IMG/VR virus record: IMGVR_UViG_3300045999_010887
Coordinates: 16,655-80,654 of that record
From: a virus
Direction: 5' to 3' (one strand)
Length of the DNA: 64,000 nt
The position numbers and the translations under genes are program-made. The notes under the pieces were generated by a model. It ran no database searches and had not been told where the DNA came from. It was given only the letters and a program-made list of their open reading frames with translations. This document shows, in pieces, positions 19,537 to 28,930 of the stretch (positions are counted from its first letter, which is position 1; every line of letters begins with the position of its first letter).

Positions 19537-20166
19537 GTGGCGTATTTGAATCACAATCTTCCCGACTGGTCTTGCTATATCCGCAACGAGTTTCTTTACA
19601 ACCACAAGCAAGGTCATGGCGAGGTGACCAAGTGTGATGTGCACTGTGTTGCCAGCCTTGAGAAACGTGTGCCCCTTTTTGAAGCATTCCTTGAGAATGG
19701 TGTGAATTGGACTAGGCGTCCACTCCATGCGTTCTGTTGGAAGCCTGATGCACCCATCGAACCGTTGGAAGATGTGATGTATTGGGATTGTTTCTCCCCT
19801 TATATTGATGTGCAGAAACGTGCACGGCTTGCTGGTTTGCAAGCGGAGCTCATCAAACCTAATGGTGACAAGGCTCTTGGTACCTACATGTTTACCCTTG
19901 ATTGGTCATGGGAGAACAAGGGTACTACTGACTTTAATTTCTCAGAGACACCCGAGCATAAGTGTGCGCACCTCTTCAAGATGGAGAGCGGCAACTACTA
20001 TGCGTATCCCAACAACCGAATCATCTGGTACGACAACGCCTGGACGTTTAACCGTATCAAACAAAACCCAGGGTACGAGATTGATATGACGGTTTATTCC
20101 GTAGAGAACAAACGGAAGCTGGAAACCTCAGACCATTACATGTACGAGGTAAAGACTGTAGAATAA
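19537..20166 (+). CDS. Conserved phage hypothetical protein
   Basis: AYLNHNLP...YIRNEFLYNH..GHGE...PNNRIIW. Confidence 0.7.
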   Translation: MAYLNHNLPDWSCYIRNEFLYNHKQGHGEVTKCDVHCVASLEKRVPLFEAFLENGVNWTRRPLHAFCWKPDAPIEPLEDVMYWDCFSPYIDVQKRARLAGLQAELIKPNGDKALGTYMFTLDWSWENKGTTDFNFSETPEHKCAHLFKMESGNYYAYPNNRIIWYDNAWTFNRIKQNPGYEIDMTVYSVENKRKLETSDHYMYEVKTVE

Positions 20167-20285
20167 TTTCGTTCCCCCTCTCTTTTCGATGGGGCAGCAA
20201 GGGTGCAACAAGGAACGTTGCATTAAATAAAGGATCCCCTCAGCCGCATCGTAGATTATCGTAGGCGGACATCCTTGCCCTTTAC

Positions 20286-20359
20286 CGAGAATTAGCGCAG
20301 TTTGGTAGCGCACCTGTTTTGGGAGCAGGGGGCCGCAGGTTCAAATCCTGCATTCTCGA
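20286..20359 (+). tRNA. tRNA-Pro(UGG)
   Basis: Acceptor CGAGAAT/ATTCTCG, anticodon loop TTTGGGA, T arm GCAGG-TTCAAAT-CCTGC; CCA not encoded. Confidence 0.93.
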
Positions 20360-20434
20360 TTATTCAGATTCTCGATAAATTGCGTTTATCAGGATTCCTG
20401 ATAAATTATATTTACGCGTGCACAAAAACTATAC

Positions 20435-20689
20435 GTGGCTTGGGTTAATGCTAAAAAACGTATCGATAAGAATCGACAAAAGCTTCTGGAGTACAAGAAG
20501 ACTTTGCAGTGCGAGAAGTGTGGGCTGGATGATCACCGTGTCCTTGAGTTCCACCATGTAGGTGACAAGGATAACAATATCTCAAGCATGGTAAACCATG
20601 GCTACGCCTGGAGCAGGGTAGAGCAAGAGATTGGGAAGTGTATCCCCCTCTGCTGCAACTGCCACCGACTGGAGCACTGGCAATGTTAA
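20435..20689 (+). CDS. HNH endonuclease-like protein
   Basis: CEKCG..LEFHH...CIPLCCNCHRLEH. Confidence 0.8.
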   Translation: MAWVNAKKRIDKNRQKLLEYKKTLQCEKCGLDDHRVLEFHHVGDKDNNISSMVNHGYAWSRVEQEIGKCIPLCCNCHRLEHWQC

Positions 20690-20713
20690 TATATTCGTAA
20701 TTAAAATTTCGTA

Positions 20714-21175
20714 ATGTCAGAAAAGGTTTGCAGCGCTTGCAATGAGCTAAAACCTCTTGAAGATTTTTACAAAGAATCTCGCGTAAAAGATGGCCGCATG
20801 CGTCGATGCAAGCTTTGCCATTGTGCGGCAACGGCTAAATACAGAACACAAAATCCACAGATTTATAGAAAAGCTAGTTTAAAACATTGGCACAACTTAA
20901 ATGACAGCAAAAAACATAGTAAATGGCTCAAGCGTTATGGATTAACAAAAGAAGAATATAAAACCCTTTTTAATAAACAGAAAGGACTTTGTTTTATCTG
21001 CAAAAAGAAATGTTGCTCTGGTCAAAACTTATCAGTTGATCATTGTCATAAAACACAAAAAGTTAGAGGGCTACTTTGCAAAAAATGCAACACAGCCCTT
21101 GGGATGCTAGACGATAATGTTGAATATTTTGAGACAGCTATTCTTTATCTTAAGAATTACGAAGAGTCGCCTTGA
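20714..21175 (+). CDS. Endonuclease VII-domain protein
   Basis: QKGLCFIC..LSVDHCHKTQKVRGLLCKKCNTALG. Confidence 0.88.
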   Translation: MSEKVCSACNELKPLEDFYKESRVKDGRMRRCKLCHCAATAKYRTQNPQIYRKASLKHWHNLNDSKKHSKWLKRYGLTKEEYKTLFNKQKGLCFICKKKCCSGQNLSVDHCHKTQKVRGLLCKKCNTALGMLDDNVEYFETAILYLKNYEESP

Positions 21176-21713
21176 TCATCCATGCAGCTTTAAATGCTTG
21201 CCCACATAAATCACTTAAATAATTTTGAATATCAATGGCACCGACTTTGGCTGCAACAGGCTCTAGCTTTTTGGTTTTCATTCCCAGCTCTTCAAGATTT
21301 TTATAGTACACAGTGAGCATATCCGTGTTCTTGTAGCTGGTAACATGCTGGATACCTGGGCCAGCATCAGCCAAACCTCTGGCACACATGGGCATCAGGT
21401 AATCCATCGACCGAATAAATTCGGACAACGTATCAAACTGTTCCAAATGAGCTTCGTACTGACCTTTAAGGAACCCGTGGAGACCGAGAAAGTTTGCACC
21501 TTCAATATTCAGGTGAATCAAATGGGATTGTGTCTGAAGTTCCTTGAGGTAGGAACAGAGGGAGATGCACTGCTGGATAAAGGCCCCGACATCACCATTC
21601 TTTGAGCGAGCAGGGCCTTTTGGTTTGGCCTGGGGCTCAGGAATCACTCCATTTTGGGGTGGTTCTACCCCCATCTGGGGTGGTTGTTGAGCTTGAGGAC
21701 CAGGGGTATACAT
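21150..21713 (-). CDS. dps: Dps/ferritin-like protein
   Basis: HLIHLNIEGANFLGLH..QYE..DTLSEFIR...KAAWM. Confidence 0.8.
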   Translation of the reverse strand: MYTPGPQAQQPPQMGVEPPQNGVIPEPQAKPKGPARSKNGDVGAFIQQCISLCSYLKELQTQSHLIHLNIEGANFLGLHGFLKGQYEAHLEQFDTLSEFIRSMDYLMPMCARGLADAGPGIQHVTSYKNTDMLTVYYKNLEELGMKTKKLEPVAAKVGAIDIQNYLSDLCGQAFKAAWMIKATLRNS

Positions 21714-21750
21714 GATTTTTTTGCAGTAATTCTATTTTAACGCAAACTAA

Positions 21751-23049
21751 TTACACAATTTCAAACCAAGACAGGTCTGTATAGACCTTTGCACCACTAA
21801 TAGTTGGAGCAGCAACAACAGTAAACACATCACTGACGCCAGCTTGAGTACGACCCAGCTGGAAGTTAAAGTCCCGTACATCACTCAATGAGAGTGTGCC
21901 ATCAGAAACAATGTAACCACCAATAATGTCAGTGCCACCACTTACAGTTGTTGCACTGGTGTCGTATTGAACGTTACCGTTGTAGTGGGTTTGCCAGTTT
22001 GCTCCACTAAGTGTTGGGTTAAGAACTACGCGATATTGGATAATATCTGGCTTGTTGTTTTGTGTTTGCTCAAGCGCAATGCTTAAATTGGCCGGAATAA
22101 CAACACTATCCGTGCGTCCTGATGCCATGCGGATTGAAACCAGCGGATATGTTGCGCCAGAAGAAGTAAGAGTTTTTGGTGTTGTACTGGTAGCAATGTT
22201 ATAACGCCTGGTAAAACCTTCGTAGCCACCTTCCGATGCAACCGTTGCACAGATTTGTTTTGCTGTAGAACTAGATGCAGTCGTACCAAGATTTTCAATT
22301 TCTTGGCGCAGCGGCAACACCGCTGTTGTCATATAGCTTGTTGTGTTTTGATTATCGTTGTGGAAGATATGAGCAATTTCCATATGACCATCAACAATAA
22401 AACCAACGCGTACATCACCAACGCCTAGCCATTCAATATCCATCCAAAAGATATTGGCTTTAGATGGATCCAAGGTACGGGCCGACGGGCCAGCGCCGTT
22501 AAATTTATCGTAGTTCCAATCGCTTTGAGCAACGCGAGTTTCATTAATGGAACCGCTTACATAACTACGTAGGACAAGGTTGTTTGTAGTTCCGCTTTGC
22601 TCAAAGAAGACACCGTTTTGTGTACCAAATAAACCAACACGCTGTCTTAGGTTTGTCTTGCCAGAAGCAAAAACAAACGAGGACATATTCAAGAATGATT
22701 TCCCTGGTTGATAAGGAAATACACGTGTGGTTTCTCGATAGATGTAATCACCAGAAACAGTAGTTACATTTAAATCAACAACGCTTTGGTTGACTTGATA
22801 GGTTGTCGAAGCACTACCACCAGTAACAGTAGTCCACTTATCGTTTTCTTGATAACGGTGTTGACTATCAAAGATGGTATATAGCTGTGAAATTCGTTGC
22901 CGTCCAAATGCATCACCTGCTGTTGTTCCTGGTTGCGTGTAAACAACAGCACCTGAGGTGGTTGAAACCTCTAAGGGACGGCCACTACAGGTTTGAACTT
23001 TATGAACATGATAAAGATTATTATCTGTGGGGTCCCGATAATTAGGCAT
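21751..23049 (-). CDS. Putative virion structural protein
   Basis: 432-aa beta-rich ORF with DAFGRQRIS, YQPGK and EWLGVG motifs seen in cyanophage proteins. Confidence 0.55.
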   Translation of the reverse strand: MPNYRDPTDNNLYHVHKVQTCSGRPLEVSTTSGAVVYTQPGTTAGDAFGRQRISQLYTIFDSQHRYQENDKWTTVTGGSASTTYQVNQSVVDLNVTTVSGDYIYRETTRVFPYQPGKSFLNMSSFVFASGKTNLRQRVGLFGTQNGVFFEQSGTTNNLVLRSYVSGSINETRVAQSDWNYDKFNGAGPSARTLDPSKANIFWMDIEWLGVGDVRVGFIVDGHMEIAHIFHNDNQNTTSYMTTAVLPLRQEIENLGTTASSSTAKQICATVASEGGYEGFTRRYNIATSTTPKTLTSSGATYPLVSIRMASGRTDSVVIPANLSIALEQTQNNKPDIIQYRVVLNPTLSGANWQTHYNGNVQYDTSATTVSGGTDIIGGYIVSDGTLSLSDVRDFNFQLGRTQAGVSDVFTVVAAPTISGAKVYTDLSWFEIV

Positions 23050-23096
23050 TTGCTTTTAGCTACGTAATATTATTTTAGGTTCAATATATTTGACAT

Positions 23097-23124
23097 AAAA
23101 AAGCAGTGACCTAACGGCCACTGC
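23097..23124 (-). terminator. Intrinsic terminator
   Basis: GCAGTGGC-loop-GTCACTGC plus T6. Confidence 0.7.
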
Positions 23125-23142
23125 AAATACATATCAATGTAA

Positions 23143-23541
23143 TTAATCGTTATTTACTGTTTGTAGTAGTTTGAGTAACACTTTATTTTCATCCGCATTT
23201 TTTTGGTAATACTGCCAGTTGTCATAGACTACCTCTAGTAACACTTCAAAGAATTCATTACCATTCAAAACGTTAGTGTCAACAAATTCACTGACGGTAT
23301 CAGCTAGGTATTCCCGCAGGCGTTCTTTTGCTTTTGCTTTGGACTCTTGGAAAAAGTCCGACCATTTATCTGTGGGTGCTTTTAGAACATTAGCTTCTGG
23401 TTTGAAGTTTGCTTTGATGTAATCAGAAGTTGCTTTGTCAGATTCACGCCGCATTTTGGTAGTACCAAATTCCTCAAAGGCTTCTTTGTAAAGGACATCA
23501 AGATTGTCTAGTTGGTTGCTCTGTGCCAAGGTAGGAAGCAA
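23143..23541 (-). CDS. Hypothetical protein
   Basis: ORF track; start uncertain. Confidence 0.5.
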   Translation of the reverse strand: MLPTLAQSNQLDNLDVLYKEAFEEFGTTKMRRESDKATSDYIKANFKPEANVLKAPTDKWSDFFQESKAKAKERLREYLADTVSEFVDTNVLNGNEFFEVLLEVVYDNWQYYQKNADENKVLLKLLQTVNND

Positions 23542-23683
23542 GATCTGTAACAGCTTGATGATAGCCTTGCAACCACTCGTCGGAAACCTGTTGTTTACAT
23601 TTGGGATTATTTCTATCTGTTACGTAACAGATGTAAGTAACATCAAGGTGCCTAAGCGCAGCTACAGCATGTTGCTCATTCAT
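23498..23683 (-). CDS. Hypothetical protein
   Basis: ORF track. Confidence 0.45.
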   Translation of the reverse strand: MNEQHAVAALRHLDVTYICYVTDRNNPKCKQQVSDEWLQGYHQAVTDLASYLGTEQPTRQS

Positions 23684-23746
23684 AAAAAAAGGGATACTTA
23701 ATCTTTAAGCATCCCTTTATTCTAAGTTGTAATAAAAGTTACATTC

Positions 23747-24037
23747 TTAAGAAAGAATAACTTCTTGTCCTTCAAACTTGCCCGCTTCCAGGTCTTTAAC
23801 AAATTCAACACGCCGGAAGTATTCATCCCGGCAATAAGGACCTGCTTCTGTCAGGCAAAAGTTTTGCCACAGCCCAGTGTATAGACCATTGGTACGAGCA
23901 GAGCACTGGTACATATGTTCCATAAAGTCTGCTTTCTTTTGCTCAGCAGTAACGTTCCAGTTCCGAAGCTGCTCTTTTAGCCAGGGCGTATCAAAAGCAC
24001 CTGCAGTGCGGAGTTTTTTGGCAAGGTCGTCAGTCAT
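23747..24037 (-). CDS. Hypothetical protein
   Basis: MTDDLAKK...GLYTGLWQ. Confidence 0.55.
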   Translation of the reverse strand: MTDDLAKKLRTAGAFDTPWLKEQLRNWNVTAEQKKADFMEHMYQCSARTNGLYTGLWQNFCLTEAGPYCRDEYFRRVEFVKDLEAGKFEGQEVILS

Positions 24038-24227
24038 TGAAGTTAACGGCTGTTGTAGAAGTATAGACACCTTTGACGCTGGGGCTGAGCTCAAATAACA
24101 AATCATCAAGATCGTCTTGAAGAGCCTCTGCAATTTCTTCGGCAGTCTTGCCGCCAAAGGAATTGTATTCAACGTCAATGTCAACCGCAAAAGATACGGT
24201 TAACCTTGGCACAACAACAGGTTCCAT
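24030..24227 (-). CDS. Hypothetical protein
   Basis: Acidic 65-aa ORF. Confidence 0.5.
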   Translation of the reverse strand: MEPVVVPRLTVSFAVDIDVEYNSFGGKTAEEIAEALQDDLDDLLFELSPSVKGVYTSTTAVNFND

Positions 24228-24273
24228 TTAATCCAAAGAAGACCTCAATACTGTAGCAGTAATTTTATTGAGT

Positions 24274-24531
24274 TCAGAGGAGTCGCTCTAATGATTGGAA
24301 CTTGACACTTTCGTAATAACCAAGGCGTTCTTGAATTAGGTTGTAATAATTAATAGCAGCATCAACCATTTCTTCTGCATCCATAGAAGATGCAAGGTTT
24401 TCATTTGCAAGCATGGATGCTGTCAAGATAATGACACCATGTTCCATTTTGGAACCAGTGATTGCAGCTAACGGCGTTCCATCATTGGTAAACCCAGCAA
24501 TCAATTTATTTAAGACTGGATCACCGCCCAT
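24274..24531 (-). CDS. Hypothetical protein
   Basis: ORF track. Confidence 0.5.
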   Translation of the reverse strand: MGGDPVLNKLIAGFTNDGTPLAAITGSKMEHGVIILTASMLANENLASSMDAEEMVDAAINYYNLIQERLGYYESVKFQSLERLL

Positions 24532-24587
24532 AAAACTTTATTGTTTTACTTAGTTTAACCTATCATAAACTTATAAATAAAAGAAAA

Positions 24588-25481
24588 ATGTTTGATAAAG
24601 CAAAGGCTTTACTTGCTACTTTAGCTGCTAAACGACACAAAGAAGTTGTAGGCCAAGGCGCTTTTGGTGTTGTATATGCAGACGCTCCTGGAACAGTCGT
24701 TAAAAAAATTGCAGGTGAAACACCAGAAAAAATTTTAAACGAAATTAATTTACAAGCAAAAGCAGCAGAGCTTAACATTGCACCAACTTTAAAAACAGCT
24801 CAAATAAATCCGTCTGGACCTGATGTTGGTGGATCAATTACGATGCAAGATTTAAGAAAAAACTATGTTCGTTTAGGTGAGCCTGTTGCTGATATGCCTT
24901 ATCCCCGTGAAGGTGTTGTAGAAATTGCTGGTGAAGGATACAATTCTTATGACCCAAGTTTGAATAGCGCGCAAATAACTCAAGCAAAAGTAAATACACA
25001 TAAACAATTGGCTCAGCTTGCTTTAAATAATGTAATGCTTGAAGACAGGCATGTTGGAAATATTTTTGTAAACAAAATGAGCAATAGACCAATGCAGATT
25101 GATTTTGGTTTAGCAACTGAGATTAAAACACCTAGTCAAAAAGCTGGTGCTTTGGCGTACCATGTTGGGAATGGTTTGAATGCAGCAGGTTTAAACGAAG
25201 AAGCCAGACTGTTTAGTCAACTTGTTAATGAGGTAGGTCAGTTTAATATTATGACAAATGCATACGACAATCCAGAAGCAGCACTGGATATGGCTAAACA
25301 AGGTTTGTCACGCCTTCAAAAAATCAAAACACCTCAAATAGAACAAATTTCTGCTGTAAGACAAAAAGAATTAGAGAGCATGAGAAAAACATCTTTACTT
25401 TTGGAACAAACTCCTGCGCAACAAAGGCTTAATACTTTTGGAGAGCCAATAGAAAAGGGGTACTATGGTACCCCTGTCTAG
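24588..25481 (+). CDS. Protein kinase-like protein
   Basis: GQGAFGVVY, VVKK, helix-C E, EDRHVGN, IDFG. Confidence 0.85.
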   Translation: MFDKAKALLATLAAKRHKEVVGQGAFGVVYADAPGTVVKKIAGETPEKILNEINLQAKAAELNIAPTLKTAQINPSGPDVGGSITMQDLRKNYVRLGEPVADMPYPREGVVEIAGEGYNSYDPSLNSAQITQAKVNTHKQLAQLALNNVMLEDRHVGNIFVNKMSNRPMQIDFGLATEIKTPSQKAGALAYHVGNGLNAAGLNEEARLFSQLVNEVGQFNIMTNAYDNPEAALDMAKQGLSRLQKIKTPQIEQISAVRQKELESMRKTSLLLEQTPAQQRLNTFGEPIEKGYYGTPV

Positions 25482-25484
25482 GTT

Positions 25485-25835
25485 TTACTTAGCTGTTTTT
25501 TCCCGTTGTAACCAATACCAATAGGCGTGACGTGCGTTCTGATGAAAGCGTTTACCTGAAAGAAGTTTTAGTTTGCGTTCTTCCATTTCATCAAGCTTTG
25601 ATTCTTGATAAGCAAGGATTTCGCGCCCTTCTTCGCTAAGCATGTTGATTTCAATGTCAAGCATGTCAATCTGCATTTGGAAGTCATCAACAGATTGTTG
25701 ATGACAACACATCAAAATATGTGCGTCTTCCAGGTCAGTTGGTGACGTCAGGTTCTTGTAGAAGCTCTCCGAAATATTCGGGTGCTTGTGCTTCCATCCG
25801 TTTGGTAGAGAAGAGCCGGTTTTTTCGGACTGCAT
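25485..25835 (-). CDS. Hypothetical coiled-coil protein
   Basis: 3' part of track ORF 25485-26105. Confidence 0.5.
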   Translation of the reverse strand: MQSEKTGSSLPNGWKHKHPNISESFYKNLTSPTDLEDAHILMCCHQQSVDDFQMQIDMLDIEINMLSEEGREILAYQESKLDEMEERKLKLLSGKRFHQNARHAYWYWLQREKTAK

Positions 25836-26448
25836 ATTGTTGTTCAACTTTGACTCCGGTCGGTAGGTGTTCACCGTTTTGGTAAGCGTTGCGGATTGCA
25901 TCAAGGTTTGGGAGGGTTTCAATTTTTGTTTTAGGTTCTGTTCTATCGGATAGAACTTCTCCTGACATTGAACGTACCACAGTTCTTTTGGTTGTGGTGA
26001 CTTCTTGCTCGATACAGTACTTGCTTCTCTCTTCAGTGTGCCAAAACTCCGGATCCGATGTGATTTCGACCGTAAGTTCCTTCTTCTTAGAGAGGACAAA
26101 CTCATAGTTTTTGCCTTGGATTCGATTGGAGTCCAGCGGCAAGGACCGCCTCAGCCAACCTAGCAAGTTCTTAAGTTGGTTGAGTTGTGCCTCATGGTGG
26201 CGTTTGGCCTGAGCAATTAGATCTCCTTCCTTTTTAATGCGCTCCAGGGCATCTTCATGGGCAGCCAACGCGTAATAAATACGATCAATTTTTTCAGACC
26301 GTAGGTTGGCGCAACTTTCCAGCTCGGCTTTTGCCAGCTCTTGGGACTCAGGAGTAAGGAGAGGAAGAGAGCGTTCCAGGGCACCATAGTGCTCGTATAA
26401 CTTGATGATGTTTAGATCTTCAAGTTTAGTTTGAGTGATGTGAGTCAT
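25735..26448 (-). CDS. Siphovirus Gp157-like protein
   Basis: EKIDRIYYAL..ERIKKE..AKRHHEAQL..LK; C-terminal NLDAIR..G..LPTGV. Confidence 0.7.
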   Translation of the reverse strand: MTHITQTKLEDLNIIKLYEHYGALERSLPLLTPESQELAKAELESCANLRSEKIDRIYYALAAHEDALERIKKEGDLIAQAKRHHEAQLNQLKNLLGWLRRSLPLDSNRIQGKNYEFVLSKKKELTVEITSDPEFWHTEERSKYCIEQEVTTTKRTVVRSMSGEVLSDRTEPKTKIETLPNLDAIRNAYQNGEHLPTGVKVEQQYAVRKNRLFSTKRMEAQAPEYFGELLQEPDVTN

Positions 26449-26450
26449 GA

Positions 26451-26570
26451 TCAGATGGTGTTGAATTGAGATTGAATTTTGTTGATTGCATAGGTCAGCA
26501 GCATGCCTGCTGCTGCCCAAAGAAGATCTTTAACAACCGGAAGTACGGCAGCAAACAACGATTCAAACAT
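26451..26570 (-). CDS. Small membrane protein (39 aa, not in ORF track)
   Basis: MFESLFAAVLPVVKDLLWAAAGMLLTYAINKIQSQFNTI. Confidence 0.5.
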   Translation of the reverse strand: MFESLFAAVLPVVKDLLWAAAGMLLTYAINKIQSQFNTI

Positions 26571-26589
26571 GAGTTGAGATGAGATGGGA

Positions 26590-26617
26590 TGGTCAGTTTA
26601 CCGTCATGACCAGGACG
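26590..26617 (-). ncRNA. Family A H-type pseudoknot, copy 1
   Basis: CGTC-C-TGGTCA-T-GACG-GTAAAC-TGACCA. Confidence 0.7.
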
Positions 26618-26636
26618 CCCACACCCCCGTGGGACG

Positions 26637-27038
26637 TCAGTCTACCAGGTCTGTCAAGCTTTTAGTAGCAATGGTAACAAACTGATTGATGTAATCAGTC
26701 AAGGCTTCAACCTTAGCATTGACCACTTTGATCTCCTCCATCAACTCTTCCCTGGAAGGGCTCAAACCAAAGATGTCATTGTCTTTGAGTGCCTCTGGGT
26801 TGTTAGCTTTTTGATACATGCGGCAATCATTGTTGGTTGCATAGACAGTTTCTTGATATATTTCAGAAACTGTTTTGAAATCAACATTGCCAACTCCCTC
26901 GGCTGAAAGGAGGTTGCAGGTATCAAGGTAAAGCCTGGCAGCAAACCTGACATTGTCTTTGAAAAACTTCACATACTGTTCAGAAGGAAGTCCGTAGGTG
27001 TCAATCGACATAACAATCCAAAGCTTCTCGGAGTGCAT
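26637..27038 (-). CDS. Hypothetical protein
   Basis: ORF track. Confidence 0.55.
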   Translation of the reverse strand: MHSEKLWIVMSIDTYGLPSEQYVKFFKDNVRFAARLYLDTCNLLSAEGVGNVDFKTVSEIYQETVYATNNDCRMYQKANNPEALKDNDIFGLSPSREELMEEIKVVNAKVEALTDYINQFVTIATKSLTDLVD

Positions 27039-27303
27039 TAATCATAAAGGTTTCTTGGCCTTCTGGACCAAGGTCAGTCCACCATTGAAGATCAGGATCG
27101 TTTTCGTCCCATTCAATATGAATGGTCATGGAACCATCCTCCTCATCAATGCAATTAATTTGCAACTTGTTAATTGAACTGGGATTCAAGCCGATCGAGG
27201 CCAGATTCAACATGTCCAATAAGGATGTGTTCTGCATAGGTTTCGCAATCAGTTTTGATCTCTGCACCAAGCTTAACGAGACCCCAGTAGGTGTCTTCGT
27301 CAA
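27001..27303 (-). CDS. Hypothetical protein
   Basis: ORF track; start uncertain. Confidence 0.45.
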   Translation of the reverse strand: MTKTPTGVSLSLVQRSKLIAKPMQNTSLLDMLNLASIGLNPSSINKLQINCIDEEDGSMTIHIEWDENDPDLQWWTDLGPEGQETFMINALREALDCYVD

Positions 27304-27406
27304 GCTCTAGATCTAATTTGAATTTACCGTTTGAAAGCATCATTGTTTTTAAAGGTGGTTTTGCAATAAGCGATAACGCATACTCACGTAACTCGTCAGG
27401 CATCAT
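27170..27406 (-). CDS. Hypothetical protein
   Basis: ORF track. Confidence 0.45.
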   Translation of the reverse strand: MMPDELREYALSLIAKPPLKTMMLSNGKFKLDLELDEDTYWGLVKLGAEIKTDCETYAEHILIGHVESGLDRLESQFN

Positions 27407-28344
27407 TGCTTTTTAAGTGCAGCCTTGAGTTGTGGCAGTGCAGTACCAGGAAATGGAACGTAGCCCGCCTCCATCATATTGAAGAACAAATCCCATGCAT
27501 CATGCTGCGTAAAGATTTCCTTAGGTTTGTAGGTACGCCAATGCGTCAGCGGAGCTTGTGCCCCTGAGTTGGTATATAACAATACAAAACGACCGTCACT
27601 AATGTGATCAACGGGTGGTGCATACCACCAGGCCACACACTTCTCAGGCGTACCACTGGGGCTGGCATTCCGTACATCAGTGCGCTTGCACAGCAGTTCC
27701 CTGTACTTGTTGAACCAAGTCAGGTGGATACACCAGGGCTTGAAGCCTTGGATCTCGGACGCAAAGTCAGATAGGTTGCTGAGCTGACGCTGATACGACC
27801 CACACGAACACCAAGGTTCACCCATGACAGGCTCGGACTGGTCAGCTTCCATGTCGCTGTCAAGGTCAATGGGCCGATTTGGAAGCCGCAATCCGTCTGG
27901 TGCAACCAGATGTCCAAGATCCGTTTGGTCGGACTGAAGGAGATGGAGGACTTTGTTGGTGTCTGATACATGTATAAATTTGTCAGCCCAATGCGCCTGG
28001 AGCTTTGCATTTGAGGTCAGGTGTCCGAGTGCATGCGTGTAGTTCCAGCCCTTAAAAAGAATGTAAGCATTGTTATGCCATACACTAGGGCCACGGTAAT
28101 TGGGACCAAGGTAAGAAAAGAAGTCTTCGAGACGATTGGTGTAGGTTTGGAAATGAGCTTTGATTAATGTCCGTTCGTAGATTTGCTCAGTGCCATCATG
28201 ACACACCACAACACAATGATCGCCTCGCAGATAAATGCCAGCGATTGCGGTGTCATCAAAGTCCGGGTAAGCACGCCGGATACTGGAACGAGAGTAGATA
28301 AGAGCCTGCGCCGAGTTGAGCTCGGTCTGCGCCTGGATCGACAT
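27403..28344 (-). CDS. SWIM zinc-finger-like protein
   Basis: WCSCGSY...WCIH (CxC..CxH). Confidence 0.6.
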   Translation of the reverse strand: MSIQAQTELNSAQALIYSRSSIRRAYPDFDDTAIAGIYLRGDHCVVVCHDGTEQIYERTLIKAHFQTYTNRLEDFFSYLGPNYRGPSVWHNNAYILFKGWNYTHALGHLTSNAKLQAHWADKFIHVSDTNKVLHLLQSDQTDLGHLVAPDGLRLPNRPIDLDSDMEADQSEPVMGEPWCSCGSYQRQLSNLSDFASEIQGFKPWCIHLTWFNKYRELLCKRTDVRNASPSGTPEKCVAWWYAPPVDHISDGRFVLLYTNSGAQAPLTHWRTYKPKEIFTQHDAWDLFFNMMEAGYVPFPGTALPQLKAALKKQ

Positions 28345-28374
28345 GAAGTTGAGTTGGGTTGAGTGGGATTGGAA

Positions 28375-28605
28375 TCAGACGTGCCAGAAGGACGTGTCCT
28401 CTTCTTTTTGATCCGACTTGATCTTAGCATTGGCCTTGGCGTGTTTGTACGCAGCCTTGCCCATGCGATAGGTGCCGTAAAGAACAGCAGCCCAGCACAC
28501 GGGGTTCCCAATGATAGAGGCAACAACAGCACTAGCAGCAAATGTTGCTCCTGCTGTTTTGATTGCCGACTTTTCTTCAGGGTTCATGTCAGAGATTCTT
28601 AACAC
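28375..28605 (-). CDS. Small membrane protein
   Basis: Hydrophobic central segment. Confidence 0.5.
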   Translation of the reverse strand: MLRISDMNPEEKSAIKTAGATFAASAVVASIIGNPVCWAAVLYGTYRMGKAAYKHAKANAKIKSDQKEEDTSFWHV

Positions 28606-28669
28606 AAATGGAAAGTTGTGCGTAATAAATGTTTAAGTAAGTAGACTTGTTGTAACAAATAAATACAAA

Positions 28670-28930
28670 ATGGACGAAATTAAATACGTACCTTTAACCA
28701 AATTTCAAATTGAACCAACGCTTGACGATAAATTCTGGGAAGAAAAAGTCAAACGTTCAATTCAAGATTGTAATTCAGTCAGTACATTAAAGGAAATAGC
28801 GATCCTCTTAGCGAGGATCGCTACCCAACGTCAAGGTGTGATTCGTGGGTTAGTTCAAGACATGTTCATCTTCAACAATGTTGCAGTTGAACCAGATGGC
28901 TTGACTAACCCTGACGTCACCTCACAGTGA
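28670..28930 (+). CDS. Possible NblA-like helix-loop-helix protein
   Basis: PTLDDKF..VKRSI..STLKEIAILL..QRQGVIRGL resembles the NblA pattern. Confidence 0.35.
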   Translation: MDEIKYVPLTKFQIEPTLDDKFWEEKVKRSIQDCNSVSTLKEIAILLARIATQRQGVIRGLVQDMFIFNNVAVEPDGLTNPDVTSQ

